From Candidatus Caldarchaeum sp. (GTDB lineage: Archaea; Thermoproteota; Nitrososphaeria_A; Caldarchaeales; Caldarchaeaceae), in the NCBI GenBank assembly GCA_038885755.1, contig JAVZZH010000001.1:387155-451154 (forward strand): 64,000 nt of DNA, given 5' to 3'. The position numbers and the translations under genes are program-made. Positions 60,198-64,000 of the stretch are shown piece by piece; positions within the stretch are counted from its first letter, which is position 1, and each line of letters begins with the position of its first letter. Below the pieces are notes generated by a model that was not told where the DNA came from, made no database searches, and worked only from the letters and a program-made list of their open reading frames with translations.

Positions 60198-61898
60198 ATG
60201 GACGGGCTTGAGTTCGTCTTGAGCAGGCCCTGGACAAGGTTTTACGACAAGTCTGTCAACAGCAACATCACTGCGCCTAAAGCTTCTCTGCCTGACTTTT
60301 TTGAGGCTAACTGCTCAAAATACAGGGATAAAGTAGCCGCAGTCTTCCTCGACACGCAGTTCACTTTCGAGGAGCTCGGCAAGTATGTCAGAAGGTTTGC
60401 AGCCTTCATCTCTAAGCTGGGAATCGGAAAGGGAAGCAGGGTTGTTATTCTCCTTCCTAACAGCGTCCAGTTCATCGTATCATACTACGGAGCTCTCAAG
60501 ACGGGGGCCTCGGTTGTTCCGATAAACCCGCTGAGCACAGCTACCGAGATACAGCAATACTGCTCCATCTCCTCCGCGTCAGCGATAGTTTGTCTCGACC
60601 TGTTCATAGACAACGTCATGACAGCCATGCCCGGCACACAGCTACGCCATGTAATCGTCTCCAACATCGCCGACCACCTACCCGGGTTCAAGAGAACCCT
60701 GGGAAAACTTTTGAGGAAGATACCTTCGAAGAACATCCCAAAGCACGACGCCGTCAAGACTTACAGGGAGGCCTTGGAAACACCTGAAGAGGAGACAACT
60801 GTCGACATCAACCCGGAGAAAGACACGGCCTCGCTCCAGTTCACAGGAGGAACAACGGGCCTTCCAAAAGCCGTCGTCCTAACTCATCACAACATATTGT
60901 CAAACATCGTGCAGATGTACGAGTTCATCAGACCCTACATAGTCGAAGCTGAAGAAACTTTTGCAGCACTGTTACCCTTCTACCACATTTACGGGCAGAC
61001 AGTAATACTCGGAGCTGGACTCAACAAGGGCAACAAGCTGATAATCTTCCCGAGGCTAGAGCTCGAGAAGTTCATGGAAGATGTTGAGAAATACGCCGTA
61101 ACCATTCTGCCAGGAGTTCCCACCCTGTTCAACGTCATGATGAGACACCCCCGAGCCGCTGAATTCAAGTATCCAAAGCTGAAGCTAGTCATATCTGGAG
61201 CGGACATGCTGCCGCCTGAAGTGGCTGAGGAGTTTGAGAGAACTTTCGGCAGGAAGATAGTCGAGGGCTACGGGCTCACTGAAGCATCTCCAGTCACCCA
61301 CGTTAACCCGCCCGACAGGGTCAAGAAAGGCTCGTTCGGAATACCTATCCCATCCACTCTGGCGGCGGTTCTAGATCCCACTACGAAGAAATTCCTCCCG
61401 CCCGGCGAGGTCGGGGAGCTTGTCGTTTCCGGGCCCCAAGTGATGAAGAGCTACTTGAATGATGACTCGGGCGTCTTCGTGATGGAGGCCGGTAGACGGT
61501 GGTTGATGACAGGCGACTTGGTTTGGATGGATGAGGAGGGCTACTTCTACTTCGTGGAGAGGGCGAAGGATGTCATCAAGCACAAAGGGTTTACGGTTTT
61601 TCCGGCAGAGATTGAGAGGGTTCTTTATCAAAGCGAGTCGGTCAAGGAGGCTTCGGTGGTAGGGATCAAGGACGAAGTTGTAGGTGAGAGAATTGTGGCG
61701 GCTGTTGTTCTAAAGCCAGGGGCCGACGAGCGCGCGGAGCTCGATAAACTGCGAGAAACCTGCAGGGCGAAGCTCGCCGAATACAAGCAACCCTCCGAGT
61801 TCATCGTCTTCAGCGAGCTGCCAAAGTCTCTCGTCGGTAAAATGCTCAGAAGACGGGTCAGGGAGATGATATATCAAAGGACATCCGGGAAAAGCTGA
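60198..61898 (+). CDS. AMP-dependent acyl-CoA synthetase (long-chain fatty acid-CoA ligase-like)
   Basis: Motifs are FTGGTTGLPKAV, GYGLTEASP, TGDLVWMDEEGYFYFVERAKD and LPKSLVGKMLRR. Confidence 0.92.
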   Translation: MDGLEFVLSRPWTRFYDKSVNSNITAPKASLPDFFEANCSKYRDKVAAVFLDTQFTFEELGKYVRRFAAFISKLGIGKGSRVVILLPNSVQFIVSYYGALKTGASVVPINPLSTATEIQQYCSISSASAIVCLDLFIDNVMTAMPGTQLRHVIVSNIADHLPGFKRTLGKLLRKIPSKNIPKHDAVKTYREALETPEEETTVDINPEKDTASLQFTGGTTGLPKAVVLTHHNILSNIVQMYEFIRPYIVEAEETFAALLPFYHIYGQTVILGAGLNKGNKLIIFPRLELEKFMEDVEKYAVTILPGVPTLFNVMMRHPRAAEFKYPKLKLVISGADMLPPEVAEEFERTFGRKIVEGYGLTEASPVTHVNPPDRVKKGSFGIPIPSTLAAVLDPTTKKFLPPGEVGELVVSGPQVMKSYLNDDSGVFVMEAGRRWLMTGDLVWMDEEGYFYFVERAKDVIKHKGFTVFPAEIERVLYQSESVKEASVVGIKDEVVGERIVAAVVLKPGADERAELDKLRETCRAKLAEYKQPSEFIVFSELPKSLVGKMLRRRVREMIYQRTSGKS

Positions 61899-61932
61899 AC
61901 ATCTATTTATTGTGATTCTTAACTGAGACAAC

Positions 61933-63069
61933 GTGAGCGTCTCGGGAGTCTACAAAGGGTTGGACAATTTACCCATCAAGGAGACAGTCATCTCAACTAT
62001 TGACGGTGAGAAGGGCAAGCTTTACTACGTCGGGTATTCCGTCGAGGAGCTCGCGGAGAAGTCCACGTATGAAGAGGTATGTTTCCTCCTTCTGAACCAC
62101 AGGCTTCCATCGAGGTCGGAGCTGGCTGAATTCACCAGCAAGCTTGTCGAAGAGAGGAGACTGCACCCCCATGTGTGGGAGGTGTTGAGGAGACTGCCGG
62201 CTGAGGCCTCGTTGATGAACAAGTTGAAGCTCGGCGTTGACCTTCTCGCGCTCTACGACGAGGAAACTGAAAACGTCGACAAGAATTCAAGGATGAGGAC
62301 GGCCGTGCGGATAATATCTAAGATAGCAACGCTAGCCACGGGCCTCTACAGGCTCAGCAAGGGTCTTGAGCCGGTTGAACCCGACCCACAGCTGTCGCAT
62401 TCATCGAACTTCCTTTACATGGCCACTGGAAGAAAACCCGGCAGCCTAGAGTCCAAGATAATGGATGTCGCCTTCATCCTCCACGCAGAGCATGAGCTGC
62501 CAGCCTCCTCGACAGCCGCCCTCGTCGTAGCCTCAACGCTGTCAGACCTCTACTCGGCGGTGTCTGCTGGAATAGGTGCTTTGAAGGGCCCTCTGCACGG
62601 GGGAGCCAACGAGCGTGCTTTGGAGATGCTGATGTCGATTAAATCGCCTGAGGAAGCTCAGCAGTATGTTTTGAGGGAGCTCGGGTCTAAGAGGAAGATT
62701 ATGGGGTTCGGCCACCGCGTCTACAAGACGTTCGACCCGAGGGCGGTTATCTTCAAGTCTTATCTGGAGAAACTCTCCGAGGTCAAGGGAGACAGGAGGC
62801 TGCTGGAGATAGCTAACAAGGTTGAGGAAGTAATGATAAAGCAGCTGGGGTCTAAGATGATATTTCCAAACATAGACCTCTACTCGGGCCCGGTTTTCAC
62901 CCTCCTCGGGCTTGAAAAAGAGTTGTTCACGCCCATATTCGCAGCTGCCAGGTCCGTGGGATGGATCGCTCACGTTCTCGAATACTGGGAGGACAACAGG
63001 CTTATCAGGCCACGAGCGGTTTACGTAGGGCCCGAACCTAGGAAATACGTCTCCATCGACGAACGATAG
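61933..63069 (+). CDS. gltA: Citrate synthase
   Basis: Motifs are GPLHGGANE, GFGHRVYKTFDPR and the C-terminal RP...Y.GP. The start is GTG. Confidence 0.93.
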   Translation: MSVSGVYKGLDNLPIKETVISTIDGEKGKLYYVGYSVEELAEKSTYEEVCFLLLNHRLPSRSELAEFTSKLVEERRLHPHVWEVLRRLPAEASLMNKLKLGVDLLALYDEETENVDKNSRMRTAVRIISKIATLATGLYRLSKGLEPVEPDPQLSHSSNFLYMATGRKPGSLESKIMDVAFILHAEHELPASSTAALVVASTLSDLYSAVSAGIGALKGPLHGGANERALEMLMSIKSPEEAQQYVLRELGSKRKIMGFGHRVYKTFDPRAVIFKSYLEKLSEVKGDRRLLEIANKVEEVMIKQLGSKMIFPNIDLYSGPVFTLLGLEKELFTPIFAAARSVGWIAHVLEYWEDNRLIRPRAVYVGPEPRKYVSIDER

Positions 63070-63070
63070 G

Positions 63071-63778
63071 TTGAAGCCTTTAATCAAGCTTAGGGTGGAG
63101 AAGGCGTTCTTTCTTGAGAGGGTTAACAGGTTTTCTGTCAGGGTTAGGAGCGGCGAAAGGGTTCTGCCGCTTCATCTCACCAACACGGGGAGGCTTCACG
63201 ACCTACTGCGCCGCGGCATAGAGGTCGTCTACCTGAGAAGAAGAACGGCTAAGACGGCTGGAAGGCTTGTGGGCGTTGTCGTCGCCGGCGGAGTGGCCGT
63301 CATAGATACGTGGACGCAGACATATGCTTTTGAGGAGGCTTTTCGTCAAAGGCTGATTCCATGGCTTGGAGATTTTAGGCTTAAAGGCAGAGAGGTCGTC
63401 GTGGGCGGAAGCAGGGTTGACTACGTCTTCGAAGACCCAGCTGGTGGTTCTGTGTATTTAGAGCTCAAGTCAGCTGTTTACATGAACAACTCGGGCGGAG
63501 CCATGTATCCTGACACAGTGTCCGAGCGTGGACGAAAGCACATAAAGCTCATCACACGCCTAGCCAAGAAGCATGGCGCGAAGATAGTGTTCGTGGCCGC
63601 TCACCCCCTAGCGAAGTTTTTCACTCCATGCGACGAGGCAGACCCGCTGGTCAGAAAACTTCTCATCAAGGCTGTTCACGCTGGAGTAGACGTGCGAGCT
63701 GTCAAAACCTTCATGGATTCCTCGGGAGCCGTTTACTGGAGCAGTTCAGACCTCCCCGTCGTGTTAGATCCAGGCTAG
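63071..63778 (+). CDS. sfsA: SfsA family protein (sugar fermentation stimulation protein homolog)
   Basis: The sequence RVNRFSVRV...LHLTNTGRL...GSRVDYVFE...YLELKSA...YPDTVSERGRKHI matches the SfsA pattern. Confidence 0.88.
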   Translation: MKPLIKLRVEKAFFLERVNRFSVRVRSGERVLPLHLTNTGRLHDLLRRGIEVVYLRRRTAKTAGRLVGVVVAGGVAVIDTWTQTYAFEEAFRQRLIPWLGDFRLKGREVVVGGSRVDYVFEDPAGGSVYLELKSAVYMNNSGGAMYPDTVSERGRKHIKLITRLAKKHGAKIVFVAAHPLAKFFTPCDEADPLVRKLLIKAVHAGVDVRAVKTFMDSSGAVYWSSSDLPVVLDPG

Positions 63779-64000
63779 GAGAAGGCCGGCGAACACGACT
63801 GAGAGCCACGGGCTCGAGGCCTTGAATGCGTTCCACGCGTAGTCTCTAGACTGATACTTTATAGTTTTCAGGTTTTCGTGAAGAAGCCACGCTGAGGACG
63901 GAACCACTAAAGCAAGGTATGCTATGGGTGTTGATACGTAGGGCGTCAGCAGAAGAGCAGCCATGACGGACAGCAGGTTGGAGGCTAGGATGGCTCTCGC
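63764..64000 (-). CDS. Membrane protein, C-terminal part (gene continues beyond window end)
   Basis: The minus-strand frame stays open to the window edge and is hydrophobic (LLLTPYVSTPIAYLALVVPSSAWLL, WLSVVFAGLLLAWI). Confidence 0.45.
   Translation of the reverse strand, partial: ARAILASNLLSVMAALLLTPYVSTPIAYLALVVPSSAWLLHENLKTIKYQSRDYAWNAFKASSPWLSVVFAGLLLAWI

Noticed and set aside
1-64000. CRISPR arrays, transposases, integrases, toxin-antitoxin pairs or known defence-system genes
   Set aside because: I saw no regularly spaced direct repeats and no ORF with recognisable integrase, transposase, Cas or restriction-enzyme motifs. Mut7-C is the only PIN-like nuclease, and it sits in a housekeeping-looking operon.

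Overview
This is an archaeal chromosomal window, most consistent with a thermophilic member of the Thermoproteota/TACK group. The markers are a thermosome, RadA, a CdvB/CdvC pair, S25e, archaeal ApgM, a zinc-type ferredoxin, a tungsten AOR and an intron-containing tRNA. The organism assignment is inference only. About 70 genes are tightly packed on both strands, many overlapping by 1-40 nt. Most are housekeeping or central metabolism: acyl-CoA dehydrogenase, Acs, acyl-CoA ligase, citrate synthase, SHMT, SerRS, PGI/PMI, ApgM, AOR, three ABC transporters, thioredoxin and a GGPP synthase. RNA genes are tRNA-Met(CAU), an aberrant tRNA-like gene with anticodon UGC, tRNA-Ser(CGA) with a canonical-position intron, tRNA-Glu(UUC), and an RNase P RNA that the ORF track covers with spurious ORFs. 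The main items worth a second look are listed here. (1) An overlapping three-gene operon (5566-8636) encodes a short, hinge-less, cysteine-free SMC5/6-like ATPase, a kleisin-like protein and a tandem winged-helix (kite-like) protein. It is divergently paired with cdvC. (2) A cdvC/cdvB locus has no adjacent cdvA, although CdvB keeps its C-terminal winged helix. A four-CxxC zinc-ribbon gene sits where cdvA would be. (3) The segment 24.2-33.2 kb is bounded by tRNA genes. It contains about 1.5 kb of nearly ORF-free decayed sequence, a cupredoxin plus an unknown 484-aa membrane protein, a Liv-type ABC operon and a truncated gene remnant. (4) A frameshifted short-chain dehydrogenase pseudogene abuts tRNA-Glu. 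I saw no CRISPR array, transposase, integrase or classical defence genes.
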